Below the pieces are notes generated by a model that saw only the letters and a list, made by a program, of their open reading frames with translations, made no database searches and was not told the DNA's origin. Positions 42,687-56,359 of a stretch of DNA of 64,000 nt are shown one piece after another. The position numbers were made by a program, and so were the translations under genes. This DNA comes from Octopus vulgaris (lineage: Eukaryota), in the NCBI GenBank assembly GCA_951406725.2, contig OX597820.1:54188001-54252000 (forward strand), read 5' to 3'. Within the stretch, counting starts at the first letter, position 1. The number at the start of each line of letters is the position of its first letter.

Positions 42687-42745
42687 CTCTAGGCTCTCCC
42701 ACTCTTAAACCAGTGGAACGTCTGGGATGCGACAGCTAAATGGAG

Positions 42746-42941
42746 CGTATCAGGACAATTAGCCCCACCGGACAATTGGCCCCACCTCCTCATAGGAAAA
42801 TTCCCCCGACGACAGCTACCTCCTAGGAGAATTACCCGCCTTATTTGATTACTCCCTCCCCAGTATATTAAGAAGTTTTAAATCATCATCTGTTCTCCTC
42901 GGGGGTAAATGTCCTTGGGGCGGGGTAAATGTCCTAGATTC
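42746..42941. mobile_element. Small MITE with subterminal GGACAATT..CCCC repeats
   Basis: TCAGGACAATTAGCCCC vs GGGGTAAATGTCCTAGA; flanks AAATGGAG / AAACGGAG. Confidence 0.55.
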
Positions 42942-43589
42942 AAACGGAGAAAGGGCTGCACAGCGCTGCATTGCGCTGCACTAACACTCAGTTTGGTACT
43001 CATTTCAGTTGAGCAGATGTGAATTGAGTACCAGCGTAATGTGAAATATTTTGCTCAAGTACACAATGTGCCGCCCGCCCCAGAAATCAAATCCACGACA
43101 TTTATGAGTGTACTATGATCGCTGTTAGTCATTAGACCACGCGTCTTTTAGTCTGCTCTACATTATATAGTTACAAAGGACAAAAAAAAGGAAAAAAAAA
43201 GACGACCGGAGAGTCACGAATGGAATGTTTCAATCGTAGATCTGCTTAATTAAATACAACGACAAAACAATAGCGACACGACAACAACAATAATAGCAAC
43301 AATCCTACGCCTTAAACTTCGAATACTGAGAAACATAGAAGAAAGCAAGCTGCAGTAAGATGACTGTAAAACGTCTTTACAAAATATTGAAGAAAGAAGA
43401 TTGACTCTCTGTTATCTATACATGGAGATACGACAATCGTGCAAAGATAACATTTAAATACATGGGTAAATAAGATAATTAAATATGTATATTAGATATG
43501 CATACTTGTGGCCTCATATACATAAATATATATACTTCTATGTTTTAGGGCGGATAGAGTGTATATACTTATATAAAAAATTTTTCATG

Positions 43590-43631
<42 letters not shown>

Positions 43632-43640
43632 TAGATAGAT

Positions 43641-43703
<63 letters not shown>

Positions 43704-43772
43704 TATGCGCATGTACCTACGTGTGTGTGTCTATATGTATGTATGTACCTATAGATAGATAGATAGACAGAT

Positions 43773-43832
<60 letters not shown>

Positions 43833-43973
43833 CGTATATACATAAATATATATACATATGTGAGTGTGCATTTCTTTGTAATTTTATATACAAAATTTTA
43901 TGGATGTAACTGAGAAAAAATATTTACTTATACGTGTGTGTGTGTGTGTGTGTGTGACAGAGAAAGGAAGAGA

Positions 43974-44043
<70 letters not shown>

Positions 44044-44209
44044 GTGACGGCTCGAAGGTAGTCAGGAAAATGTGTATGTTTGTAAACTTCCCACTTAGAA
44101 AAGTTAGTAGTGTACGTGAGTGGGTACAAGTAAATAAATATAGAGCTATGAATGTTTGGATTGCGGACAGAAGAGTTTCACCCGTTCACCTTGCTCCCGT
44201 TTACTCTCT

Positions 44210-44268
<59 letters not shown>

Positions 44269-44352
44269 GTATCTATCTCACATTTCCATTCTGTTTCTAT
44301 TAAACTCGTTTTCCCCTCAGCTCTCTCTTTCTATCTATTTATCTATTTATTT

Positions 44353-44417
<65 letters not shown>

Positions 44418-45467
44418 GTCACGCTCTCCTCATGTACAACCCCTCACTCAATCTCACATGCAAACAACACAACTGCTTTGTTAAATTCTTCAACCCAATT
44501 CTATCGCCCCTTCTTTACTTGTTCGCCTCTCTGTCTGTTGCTTTCTCCCTCACACATATATGCACTCAGACACACATACCTACATACACGCACACATACA
44601 CATACACACACCTCAAACACCCTTACATCAATACATCTCAGTCAGAAACCCCTTTCAGACATGCAGTTTTACTAACGACGTTCACTCCTTGTAGCTGGCG
44701 CCCTTTCTCACTCTCTTATATAACCTTCCTTTCTTTAAAAGTCCCCGTTCTTCCATCATTCCCCTTTATCCATCTTCTTTCCCTTTTTTCCTCCTCCACC
44801 CTTGTTTAAATTCTCGAGAGCTTCACACTGAAAACTTCTGGGTTTCCCGTATTTTGTTGTTTGACCCTCAACAACACTACAGGTGTTTGTACATGACAGT
44901 TTAATAATTGGCTTTTCTCGTCCGTTTTCTAGGTTTCAATGTTCCTGGTACACATCTACACATCTACAAACACACACGCACAGACACACACACACACACA
45001 CGCATATACACACATTTAGTTTACACACACATTACATTTCTGCAACGATTTGCTCGCACTCCACATCTATATACTAATGCGCACACAGACGTACATATGA
45101 GCCATTAGCTGAGCCCCGAATGGCTGCTCAACTTTCCAGAGCAAAAGTTCCCAATCAAGGGATACCCACATTCCCTGGGGTACGAGATGGTATTCTAGAG
45201 GTCACGAAGTGTATTCTTTATTTAAATAGCTTTTCAAAATAAAACAATTTATTAACTCTTAAAAATAACTTTGTTCTTTTAAGCTCACCAAGGACTTTAT
45301 TATTCTACAGTATTTAAGACAGCGAGCCAGCAGAATCGTTACGCGCCGGACAAAATGCTTAGCTGTATTTATTCCGGCTCTTTTACGTTCTGAGTTCAAA
45401 TTCCACCGAGCTCTATTTTGCTCTTCATCATTCCTGTGTCAATAAAATAAGTATAGTTGAGCATTGT

Positions 45468-45912
45468 TGTAGAGGCGCAATGGCCCAGTGGTTAGGGCAG
45501 CGGACTCACGGTCGTAGGATCGCGGTTTCGATTCCCAGACCGGGCATTGCGAGTGTTTATTGAGCGAAAACACCTAAAAGCTCAACGAGGCTCCGGCAGG
45601 GGGGGGTGAACCCTGCTGTACTCTTTCACCACAACTTTCTCTCACTCTTTCTTCCTGTTTCTGTTGTACCTGTATTTCAAAGTGGAGTGCTCAGCCACTT
45701 GCACGTTAAACAAATGAGCTGCGACGTCACTGGTGCCAAGCTGTATCGGCCTTTGCCTTTCCCTTGGATAATATCGGTGGCGTGGAGAGGAGAGGCCAGT
45801 ATGCATGGGTGACTGCTTGTCTTCCATAAACAACCTTGCCCAGACTTGTGCCTCGGAAGGTAACTTTCTAGGTGCAGTCCCATGGTCATTCATGACCGAA
45901 GGGGGTCACAAC
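45468..45912 (+). mobile_element. SINE family C inserted into a SINE B copy (45315-45995)
   Basis: A box TGGCCCAGTGG and B box GGTTTCGATTCC. 13-bp TSD AGTTGAGCATTGT at 45455-45467 and 45913-45925. Confidence 0.9.
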
Positions 45913-47010
45913 AGTTGAGCATTGTGGTCGATCTAATCTACTAATCTCTCCCTCTATAACTGCTGGCTTTGGACCAAGAATTTGAAATAATTGTTCCACT
46001 ATACGGCATATGGTTCAATTACAATAAATAAATGAATTAATTATTATGAATATTTATTCTTTTTTCTGTAGTTAAATGTGATATTCCTCTTGTAGAAGGG
46101 GAATGAACATTAACCAAGCGTTTTCTATGGCTGTGGAGTATTGAAAATTTTCTTAAATGGAACAGCAGCCAAATCTTCTTCTAATCATATCTTAAATAAG
46201 GAAAAGACACATTAAATAATGTAGTCATACACCTCCTCCCTGCACCGCTTAAACATTTAGTCGACATAGCAACGGCTGGAATACCTTGGATCAAAATATC
46301 AAGGATATCCTCTTTCAAATATATCCTGGGGTTAAACAACAATTCTAACAAGAATACAGAATTTTAAAAGTTGACTGAACAAGAAAATCCTGGAAATCTG
46401 CTTGATGGGCGTTGGTCTGTTGTTGTTGTGGTGGTGGAGGTAGTGTTGGTAATGTTGATTGTTGCTGCTGCTGTTGTTGTTGTTGTTGTTGCTGCTTAGT
46501 TGCTGTTGTTGTTGTTTAGCTGCAGGTGAGTCAAGAACTAGGAAAGGCGTTCTAATCAAAGACATTTTAACAACGATCATCCCGTTTTGTTTCATTTTAT
46601 TTTATCTTATTTTTAGATACTTTATATCTCAGACAATATCCAGTATGTTCCTCTCTCTGTCCAATCGTTCATTTCATTACTACTGCTGAAAATGCTGCCA
46701 ACTTAGTTTATTTCAGTTATTCAGCCTTGAGTAAAATCCGCCATCTTATGTATATCCCAATGCCTATGTAGTTAAGAAGGTCGCTTTACAACCACGTAGT
46801 TTTGGGTTCAGTCTCACTGCGTGGCACCTTAGATTCCTTGAGAGTAAATTTGATGTGTACGTATATGTATACATACGTACACATTCCTTGAGAGTGAATT
46901 TGATGTGTACGTATATGTATATATAAACATATGTGTATGCATCTGTTTGTATGTTTGTGTTGCGTTTTTCCCCCACTACAAATTGATATCACAAGAGGTA
47001 GCTAGAAGCG

Positions 47011-47218
47011 CTCTCTTTACTCTTTTCTCTTTTACTTGTTTCAGTCATTTGACTGCGGCCATGCTGGAGCACCGCCTTTAGTCGAGAAAATCGATCCCAG
47101 GAGTTATTCTTCGTAAGCTTAGTACTTATTCTATCGGTCTCTTTTGCTGAACCGCTAAATTACGGGGACGTAAACACACCAGCATCAGTTGTCAAGCGAT
47201 GTTGGGGGGACAAACACA

Positions 47219-47302
<84 letters not shown>

Positions 47303-47502
47303 CATATGCATATACATATATGCGACGGGCTTCTTTCTGTTTCCGTTTACCAAATCCATTCACAAGGCTTTGGTCGGCCCGAGGCTATAGCAGAAGACAC
47401 TTGCCCAAGGTGCAACGTAGCGGGACTGAACCCGGAACCATGTGGTTGGTAAGCAAGCTACTTACCACACAGCCACTCCTGAGCCTATAGCCACTCCTGC
47501 GC
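47011..47502 (-). mobile_element. SINE family A
   Basis: Full-length, with a short duplication of the 5' end (AGCCACTCCTG twice). Confidence 0.9.
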
Positions 47503-47761
47503 TGCGGAGTTTTCAAAATTTATTTTAAGATCTTAGAAAAGTCATATTAACACTTCATCACCATCTTGAAACAGGCGTTACTCTTATTTTAGTCATACAC
47601 ATGTATGAATTCATAAATCAAGATAGACAATTGCTCTTTATAGTTTCTTATTCCATACTTTAGACTTTTAAACAGCTTGTTTTGTTTTATTTCCTATACG
47701 AAATGTTCGAGTAACGTTTAACTTTTCACGAGAAGTCCACCAGTTGCTTTTAACCCTCTCT

Positions 47762-48009
47762 CTGGTGTTTCTCAACCATTTTTTGCCTATGGACCCCCTT
47801 TAATTTCTATTCTACTCTACTGGACCCTCACCCATTCAATACTTTAAAAAAAATCCTTTTATATTGTTATAATTAAGTATTATTAGGAATTGTGTAAAAA
47901 AATTGAAATATTTTGTGTATTGTAAACCAATTTATTGCACATAGACTTTAACAACAAAATCTTATACGGACCTTTAAGGGTCGTGTGGACCCCCGCCTGA
48001 GAACCACTG
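47762..48009. mobile_element. hAT MITE, related family
   Basis: GTTTCTCAACCATTTTTTGCCTATGGACCCC ... GTGGACCCCCGCCTGAGAACCACTG. Confidence 0.7.
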
Positions 48010-48080
48010 CTGTATACGAAGTGTGCCAGTTATTTTAAACTTTACTTACAAAGTGAACCAATAATTTTTAACTTTCTACG

Positions 48081-48410
48081 AGGCTAGCAGTGACCTTCAT
48101 GAGGCAGCGAGAGCTAGCAGTGACCTCCATGAGGCAGCGAGAGCTAGCAGTGACCTTCATGAGGCAGCGAGAGCTAGCAGTGACCTCCATGAGGCAGCGA
48201 GAGCTAGCAGTGACCTCCATGAGGCAGCGAGAGCTAGCAGTGACTTTCATGAGGCAGCGAGAGCAAGCGGTGGCCTTCATGAGGCAGCGAGAGCTAGCGG
48301 TGACCTTCATGAGGCAGTGAGAGCTAGCGGTGACCTTCATGAGGCAGTGAGAGCTAGCAGTGACCTTCATGAGGCAGTGAGAGCTAGCAGTGACCTTCAC
48401 GAGGCAGTGT
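48081..48410 (+). repeat. 30-bp minisatellite, 11 units
   Basis: Unit GAGCTAGCAGTGACCTTCATGAGGCAGCGA with few substitutions and no spacers. Confidence 0.95.
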
Positions 48411-48448
48411 GCTGAGTGACATTGCTGTGTTTACTTCGCAAGTTGTGA

Positions 48449-49170
<722 letters not shown>

Positions 49171-49779
49171 GTAAATAAATTATTTTTTATTAAACATAAT
49201 TAGTCCTGGAAACTTTTGATGCCACTTCGACTGCAAAGTGCACCTTTTGTTTTTAAGTTTCTATACGAAATGCATCAGCATTTTATATTTTTCGAGGCAA
49301 CGTGTAGGATTTTTTCTTCATCTTCAGTGCACCACGAAAAAAAAAATATTGAGAACTACTACAGTAAGGTTTATTTTAAGGGAGCTATGGCTGCTTGTCG
49401 AATGAGTGTTCGATGTTACTTTGCTGTTGAGTTATCGTTTATTACGTTAAGATTCCATCGAAGCAGGTTCGAGCAAACGAGGACGCCTCTATGTAGAAAT
49501 AGTTTCGAAGTAATCTTCAAATCATTTCTCAGCATCTTAGTAAAGATTTATTGAATTATGCGGTGCTGACTTCTCTAAGAATAGGAAAGGCCGTGATAGT
49601 CACGGATGAAATTCTTTGACCACATATCGGCACTGAACCTCAACATAGTTACTCAGCCCGCTAAAAATAAAGCTCAAATCACAATCCAGCGTCTTAGAAA
49701 TTATCACGATGTTGATCATTATTTTGTTTTGTCTTTTTTTTTATATTGGCTATAGTAGTTTTGATGTTGATATTGGTGG

Positions 49780-50300
49780 TGCTAGTGTTGGTAGTTATTT
49801 GAACGAGGGCATACTATTCTTAAGATAATGTAGTTGGGTCCCCCGATATGTTTTAAGTGGTTTATGTAAAGTTTCGAGTAGCTCTGGAGCTGTACATGAG
49901 CGATAGCATTATTGTATTTGCTGGGTCCGGAAGGAAAAAACCATGCAATGATCTTCGCAACCCCACTTCCCGGAACTAGTGAGATAATATCATTGATGTT
50001 CTTCCAGAACCATTGCAACATTTGCGCGAAAAAAAATATGGTTAGTGAAGAGTAATTTTCCAGAGGACCAATATTCTGAGAAGAAAGGATTGTGCTCAGT
50101 GGTTAATTCGAAGCTAGATGAATAGGACAATGAGTGTCGTATGGGAAAGAGACGCGTGTGGGTTGCGAATGTATGAGTGGAGGAAGCTTGATTTCAGCCA
50201 GGGTTGAGGAACAGAGGCCATTTATAGTGACTGTAACTGTGATGTCACATGCGAATGAGGCCCTCTCCATGTTTCTTTTACTCTTTTTTTATATTTTGGT
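49780..50300 (-). mobile_element. Possible decayed L1/Tx1-type AP-endonuclease fragment
   Basis: Frameshifted motifs ITVTVTINGL, YDTH, EYWSSGKLLFTNH, ANVAMVL and HIGGPNYI occur in the order expected for N(I/V)NGL, QETH, W.G..F.S, GVAIL and GGDFN. Confidence 0.35.
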
Positions 50301-50807
50301 GGGATATTTGCATGGGCAGAAACATAGGTGCCTCGTGTATATTATATAGATTAATAGAAGCTGTGGTGGGTACTGACACCTGCAGAATTTCTTTTGAAAA
50401 ATTACAGTTTCTAAATGTGTTATTATTAGTTTCTGACAAAGGCACAAAACCTCAAATTTCAAAGAAGGGAATCTTTGATTAATTTCCCCACCACCACCAC
50501 CACCATCACCAGCCCCACACCATTGATAGATTGTATGGCCGTTGCAAAGTATATCTCCTAAAACCTAAGAATATTCCTAGATACATTATTCAATCAATAA
50601 CAAAAACAATAAAAAAAAAGATTTGTAATGAAATATGTCAGTTCTGTCTGGACCCTAAATCTTTATAGAACAAACTACAGGGGACATTCAAGGTGTTACA
50701 GAAACGTCGTATAATGAATGTACGATATTTTTGTTTTAAAGAAACGTTGGAGAAATTTGGGAAAAATTTGGATGTATTTTAAGCAGATTGTTTACTCGCA
50801 TGTGCAT

Positions 50808-51070
50808 CATGATGATAACGACAACGACGACGACGATGAAGATGATGATGAGGATGATGATGGCAACGACGACGACGACCATGAGGACGATGATGACGAT
50901 GACGATGATGATTATAATGACGATGATGATGAAAATGATGATGACGATGATGATTATGATGACGACGATGACGAAAACGAAGATGATTATGATGATAACG
51001 ACGAATACTATGGATATAATCTTTATTATCATTATTATTATTATCATCATCATCATCATCATTATTATTA

Positions 51071-51140
<70 letters not shown>
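50808..51140. repeat. Compound (GAY)n then (CAT/TAT)n triplet repeat
   Basis: Direct inspection. Confidence 0.9.
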
Positions 51141-51141
<1 letters not shown>

Positions 51142-51641
51142 TTTCCTTCTTTCTTCAAATTTTCTTCCGTTTCTCGCCGAGTGTTTTCTGTACACCTAGG
51201 TCAGAGAAGCTCATTGTATGCATTCCCAGATTACACACGCAAATTCACAGGTAAAATATGTATTTAAAAAATTAATGAATAAATAAATTCATGAATGGAT
51301 GTTGTTTTCACAGCGATAATGCTCTTCTCAGTACATGAGCCGTTCCAGTTAACACGATTTTTTGTACTTCATGTAGGGATGGTAAGTAAGCCTGGTATCA
51401 TTTTCAAATTGGTTTCAGTACCTTTTTTTATAATCCCTAGAGATCCTACAATCACTGGTACTGTAGTCGCCTTGAGATGCCACATTTTTTCAATTTCTAT
51501 TAGCAAGTATTTATATTTACTAATCTTGTCAAAATCTTTCGCCGCTATATTGTGATCGCAAGGAATATTCATGTCCATTAATAAACACATCCTTTTCGTC
51601 TGATCTTTTATGATAATATCCGATTTATCAGCTTTTATCAT
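51141..51641 (-). mobile_element. 5'-truncated R4/Dong-like non-LTR retrotransposon (restriction-like endonuclease C-terminus plus 3' UTR)
   Basis: Reads IKADKSDIIIKD..CLLMDMNIPCDHNIAAKDFDKISKYKYLLIEIEKMWHLKATTVPVIVGSLG, then after a 4-bp duplication frameshift PSLHEVQKIVLTGTAHVLRRALSL* (stop 51308-51310). Embedded in (TAA)n on both sides. Confidence 0.85.
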
Positions 51642-51686
51642 TATTACTATTACTGTTATTATTGTTATTATTGTTATTATTATTAC

Positions 51687-51777
<91 letters not shown>
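51640..51777. repeat. (TTA)n microsatellite abutting the exon acceptor
   Basis: Direct inspection. Confidence 0.95.
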
Positions 51778-51791
51778 TATACATTTTTCAG

Positions 51792-51867
51792 GCAATGAAG
51801 TTGGGTTCGAAAATGAAGGTTTGGATTTCACCCAGTTGGAGGACTACATTAACAACGACAACAGCAC
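51792..51867 (+). CDS. MYRF: Internal coding exon, probably exon 2 of myelin regulatory factor (MYRF)
   Basis: Acceptor tttatacatttttcAG (AG 51790-51791) and donor GTATGT (51868-51873). 76 bp, phase 1->2, reading (G)NEVGFENEGLDFTQLEDYINNDNS(T). From memory this resembles the MYRF N-terminal motif (human [26 protein letters not shown]; invertebrate DFSQLE.FI) and the phase pattern of MYRF exon 2. No other MYRF exon was recognised in the window. Confidence 0.65.
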
Positions 51868-52099
51868 GTATGTATTCGGCTCTGAAATATCATTTCTATA
51901 AAAAACTATTATTCGACTATCTTACTATTCCGCTATTTTACTATTCTACTATTCTACTACACTATAATTCCATCGTGCTAGTATCTGTTTCATTGCATGG
52001 TAAAATATTAATATTCTACAATGCAGTATTTCTAAGGTGTGCTATGAACGGTCTGTATACTCTCATAAAATCTGTTAAAATTTTGAGGCTTCCGAAGAT

Positions 52100-52172
<73 letters not shown>

Positions 52173-52281
52173 GTGAGCGCGTACATGCAATCCGTTTACC
52201 ACTTATGTTCTTACAGTAACCCATCCACGTTTACAGCCATACATATATGCATACACATGTGTGTGTATACATACGTACATC

Positions 52282-52332
<51 letters not shown>

Positions 52333-52618
52333 TGATACATACATATAAATATACATACACGCATACACTCATGCAATGTCTTCTCTACCTGTTGAATATA
52401 TGAATATATGCGTGTGTATGCACATATATACACATAGAAGCAAACATATGTGTATATACATATGTATATAAAGGCATATGTGTGTGTACATATATATACA
52501 CGTGTGCATATATGTCTGTATATGTATATATGTGTGTGTGTAGGTATATATACATATATGTGTGTGTGTGTTTATATACGTGTATATATATGTATGTGTT
52601 TATAGATATGTGTGTCTG

Positions 52619-52661
<43 letters not shown>

Positions 52662-53098
52662 TTGTTTATATATGTGTGTATATGTTATGTGTGTGTATGT
52701 ACGTATATATGTGTGTATATGAATATATATGGGTTGGAGTGTCATCCAGTGGATTTGTGCAGCTCTATGATGTAAGTATGTGTGTATATGTGTATATATT
52801 TATACATGAGTGTATACGTATGCCTATATCGTAATGGTGGTGTACGAGTGTGTGTGTGTGTGTGTGTGCGTGTGTGTGTGTGTGTCCACATGTGGCCCTG
52901 TCTCTGACATTCCCTTAACATGTTAAACAAAAGACTGAAAAATGTTTGTCCACAAATAGAGACAACGATTCGGTGATGGCACAGGGATTTAACACGTCAC
53001 CGCTGTACCATCTCTGCAGTGACTACAGCTGGGGGTTGAGCTTGGCACAGCTACAGAAATACCAATCAAAATACATACATACACACATACATACATAC

Positions 53099-53181
<83 letters not shown>

Positions 53182-53598
53182 TATATGCACATACACATAC
53201 ATATATATATGTACATACGTGCGTGTGCATATATACATATAAACGTACGCATATATATATATGTACATGAAATACGCCGACATACACGCACATACTCAAA
53301 AATCTACCTCCTTATCTCTCTCCAACTCCCTACCTTTCTTTCTCCCTGTCTCTCCTCTCTCCGTGTACACGTGTGTGCATGTGCTTGTGTATGTTAGCTC
53401 ATGTACTAAGTAGCAGCTATACATATGTATATGTGTGTGTGCCTATGCTTGTGTGAGTATAGTTATATATATGTAAGTATATATCTGTCTATCTATCTAT
53501 ATGTGTGTGTATACATATGCATATATATTATCAATATATATATTTACATATGATATTTATATATGTATGTGTGTGTAAATATATGTATATTTTTGTAC

Positions 53599-53640
<42 letters not shown>

Positions 53641-53670
53641 AGGAACACTTCAAAAACATTGTGAACGATC

Positions 53671-54782
53671 TTTCCTACAACATATGCAATATTCTCGTTG
53701 TTTCCAAGGCCACTAGGAATAATAAATAATAAAACTACATCTGGGAAAGACCTAACAGTATGTTTGGCAGTTGCATGCACAACTCTAGTAACTAAAAAGC
53801 AGGAGATACATATGGGATATGCTATAAACTCAAAGCCTTCTTGAATGGTTTGTATAAATTTTACACATGTTGCTTGAATGCATTCCTCCAGGCACACTAC
53901 AAAAGCCAAGGTTGTTATAAAAAAGACAGACAGGTCATTGGTATCTGTATTCATTTGCCTGGTAGATAATCTTCCCTTATTTAAACTACCGGATACGGAC
54001 GCTTGTCCTGACCAAACTCCATTCCTATGTTCTGAGAGAATGTCGTAATTACTCCTTGTCTCTTGGTGTCGTGAATATCATGCAAGCACAACTGAAGTTT
54101 CATCAACAAAAAAGGTGTAGATGACTCCTATCGTACAACCTTTCTACTTCCTTAACAAGGCTGACAAGCGTACCACTACCAGTACAAAATTCATAACCAA
54201 TAAGCTGTCACCCTAAAATATTCTGTTGATAGCTTTAGTCTGTCAGAGAATTTAGAGGTTGTTTCAGTTTTTATCGATAGCTTCGTAAGCCATATTTTTG
54301 TTAGCCTCTTAATGGTATTGTTTTTAATAGTCGGGACCTTAACAAGACGTAGTGATTTTGTTATTGATGAGTCAGAAACAGTCAAATTTTTCCATATAGT
54401 CTAACCCTCCAGTCAGCAAGTTTTATTTCGCTTCTTAGGGGACAGTTTTCTCGATGAGGAGCTGCTGGGCACAGCCTCAGACTCTTTTCTTTCCTGGTCA
54501 TTTCTAATCTGCTCTTTAAGCACCACATTGTGAGTTTCATAGCGAACCTGGAGGAATGCATTCAAGCAACCTGTGTATAATTTATACAAACCATTCAAGA
54601 AGGCCATGGGTTTATAGCATTTGCCATATGCATCTCCTGCTTTTTAGTTAGTAGTGTTGTGCATGCAACTGCCAAACATACTGTTTGGTCTTTCTCAGAT
54701 GATTTTTTTGTTCTTTATTTTTATTATTTATTATTTCCAATCGCCTTGGAAACAACGAGAATATTGTATATGTTGTAGGAAA
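53671..54782. repeat. Long imperfect inverted repeat (53671-53892 vs 54547-54782)
   Basis: Arms align end to end by eye, e.g. TTGCTTGAATGCATTCCTCCAGG / CCTGGAGGAATGCATTCAAGCAA. The spacer is ~650 bp. Confidence 0.9.
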
Positions 54783-55360
54783 AATAATTTATACATCCCA
54801 TTCAAGTACGCTATGCGTCTATAGTTTTGGCCACATGCATTTTCTGCCGCTTTTTAGCTCCAAGTGTTGGGCATGCAACAGCCAAACAGTCTCACTCATC
54901 AGTCTTGACGTACATTGTTCTTTTAGACAGGTTAACGAAGACTGTCCTGTAGAATGTAAGCTTTCTATACCAATAGCCGACTACCAGGTTTTTCCAGATG
55001 ATTTTCCCATACTGTAGTTTTGCGACAACCATCAAGAGACTTTCACTGTTGATATTATAAGTTTCGCTTGATCTTTCTAAATTATACATCCCGTAGTTCA
55101 TCTGACAACATTGCATTATGGTTGTGATGTTTGTTTACATTCCAGATCTCTCCCAAATGACTTTGGATCATTCTAGGGAGGAACTTTTACTTCCATATTG
55201 CGACACATCTCTTGTGGATTTAATGCGAACACACAATTGACAGCTTGGCTTTCTAGTAGTTTTATATATATATATATATACACATATATATGCAGGTTTA
55301 TATGTATATATGTATATATGTATATATGTATGCACGAATGTATATAGATACATACATACA

Positions 55361-55600
55361 TGTTTGTTACTTCTCGAGCCACGCCTGGCTCATAAGGGCC
55401 GGTTTCTTGGTTTCCTTGGCGTATAGGTTCCCCACCTGGACAGGACGCCGGTCCGTCGCAGGTGAGTTGCAAGATGCAGGGGGAAAGTGTGAGAGAAAGT
55501 TGTGGCGAAAGAGTCAGCAGAAGTTCACCATTATTTTCTGCCGGAGCCGCGTGGAGCTTAGGTGTTTCGCTCATAAACACACACATCGCCTGGCCTCAGA
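55361..55600 (-). mobile_element. SINE family D, head-truncated
   Basis: Reverse complement of 41522-41761. Confidence 0.85.
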
Positions 55601-55604
55601 TACT

Positions 55605-56030
55605 CAAGGAGAAAATGTCTGCAAAATTTGATGACGATAGAGAGACCAGATCGAGAGCTTAGTTTTCGAGTTATAGCAGGACTTCTATAAGTATTTACTT
55701 GCACTATGTACACGTGATTGTGCGGCAAGTGAGTTTGAAAGGAGGAGTATTAGAGAGGCGTTGCTGCGTGCACGATGAAAAAGAAAAGGAGTGCTGGGAT
55801 TGAGGTTCTTTTGTTGGCAGGGATCGTGTTATTGAATCATTTTAGCTGAGGAGTGGTGGGTAAGACGTGTTCCGTAATGCTAATCGTGACCTCCATGGTT
55901 AGATACAATCCCGTCGACACCACTTCCGGTGCAGCACTCAAACAAGATTCTCCCGATCCAAGAGATAAAGAAACCTAGTTTTCTTAGATGAACAACTTAG
56001 CTAAGAAATCTTCATGTCAGACATGACTAA
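55605..56030 (-). mobile_element. Possible decayed CR1-like LINE 3' fragment
   Basis: Minus strand reads LFHRARSNASLILLL, cf. L.HRRNVASL.LFY. The match is weak. Confidence 0.3.
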
Positions 56031-56084
56031 AAAGGTTGGCTGTGTTTTATTGGTTTATTGCAACGGCTTTTTTTGCGCCCTTTT

Positions 56085-56318
56085 AAAGGCTAGCCAGGCT
56101 CATGGGCCCGGTTTCTCGGTTTCAATGGCGTATGTGTTCCTCAGCTGGACGGGACGCCAGTCCATCGCAGCGTTACTCATTTTTGCCAGCTGAGTGGACT
56201 GGAGCAACGTGAAATGAAGTGTTTTGCTCAAGAACACAACGCGTCGCCCTGTCTAGGATTCGAAACCACAATCTTACGATCATGATGCTGACACCCTAAC
56301 CACTAAGCTACGCGCCTC
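56085..56318 (-). mobile_element. SINE family E (tRNA head plus CORE-like domain); other copies 16320-16537 (-), 42960-43145 (-), 1110-1250 (+, deleted)
   Basis: Minus strand reads TAGCTTAGTGG..GTTTCGAATCC..TTGTGTTCTTGAGCAAAACACTT..CCACTCAGCTGGCAAAAATGAGTA. The 3' part is shared with family D. Confidence 0.8.
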
Positions 56319-56359
56319 GACGTTTATTGCAATACTAACACAAAAACAATTAAAATATT

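Noticed and set aside
46833-46921. 50-bp tandem duplication
   Set aside because: It is real but is a local slippage inside a decayed SINE A, with no further significance evident.
48081-48410. CRISPR-like or repeat-protein appearance (MKVTASSRCL)n
   Set aside because: The units are contiguous with no unique spacers, there are no cas genes, and the array lies in a mariner non-coding region.
50718-51254. Poly-Asp/His/Tyr ORF
   Set aside because: It is a compound triplet microsatellite running into a retroelement 3' UTR.
54579-54888. C2H2 zinc-finger gene
   Set aside because: The spacing is suggestive, but the zinc-binding His/Cys residues are missing and an in-frame stop is shared by all copies.
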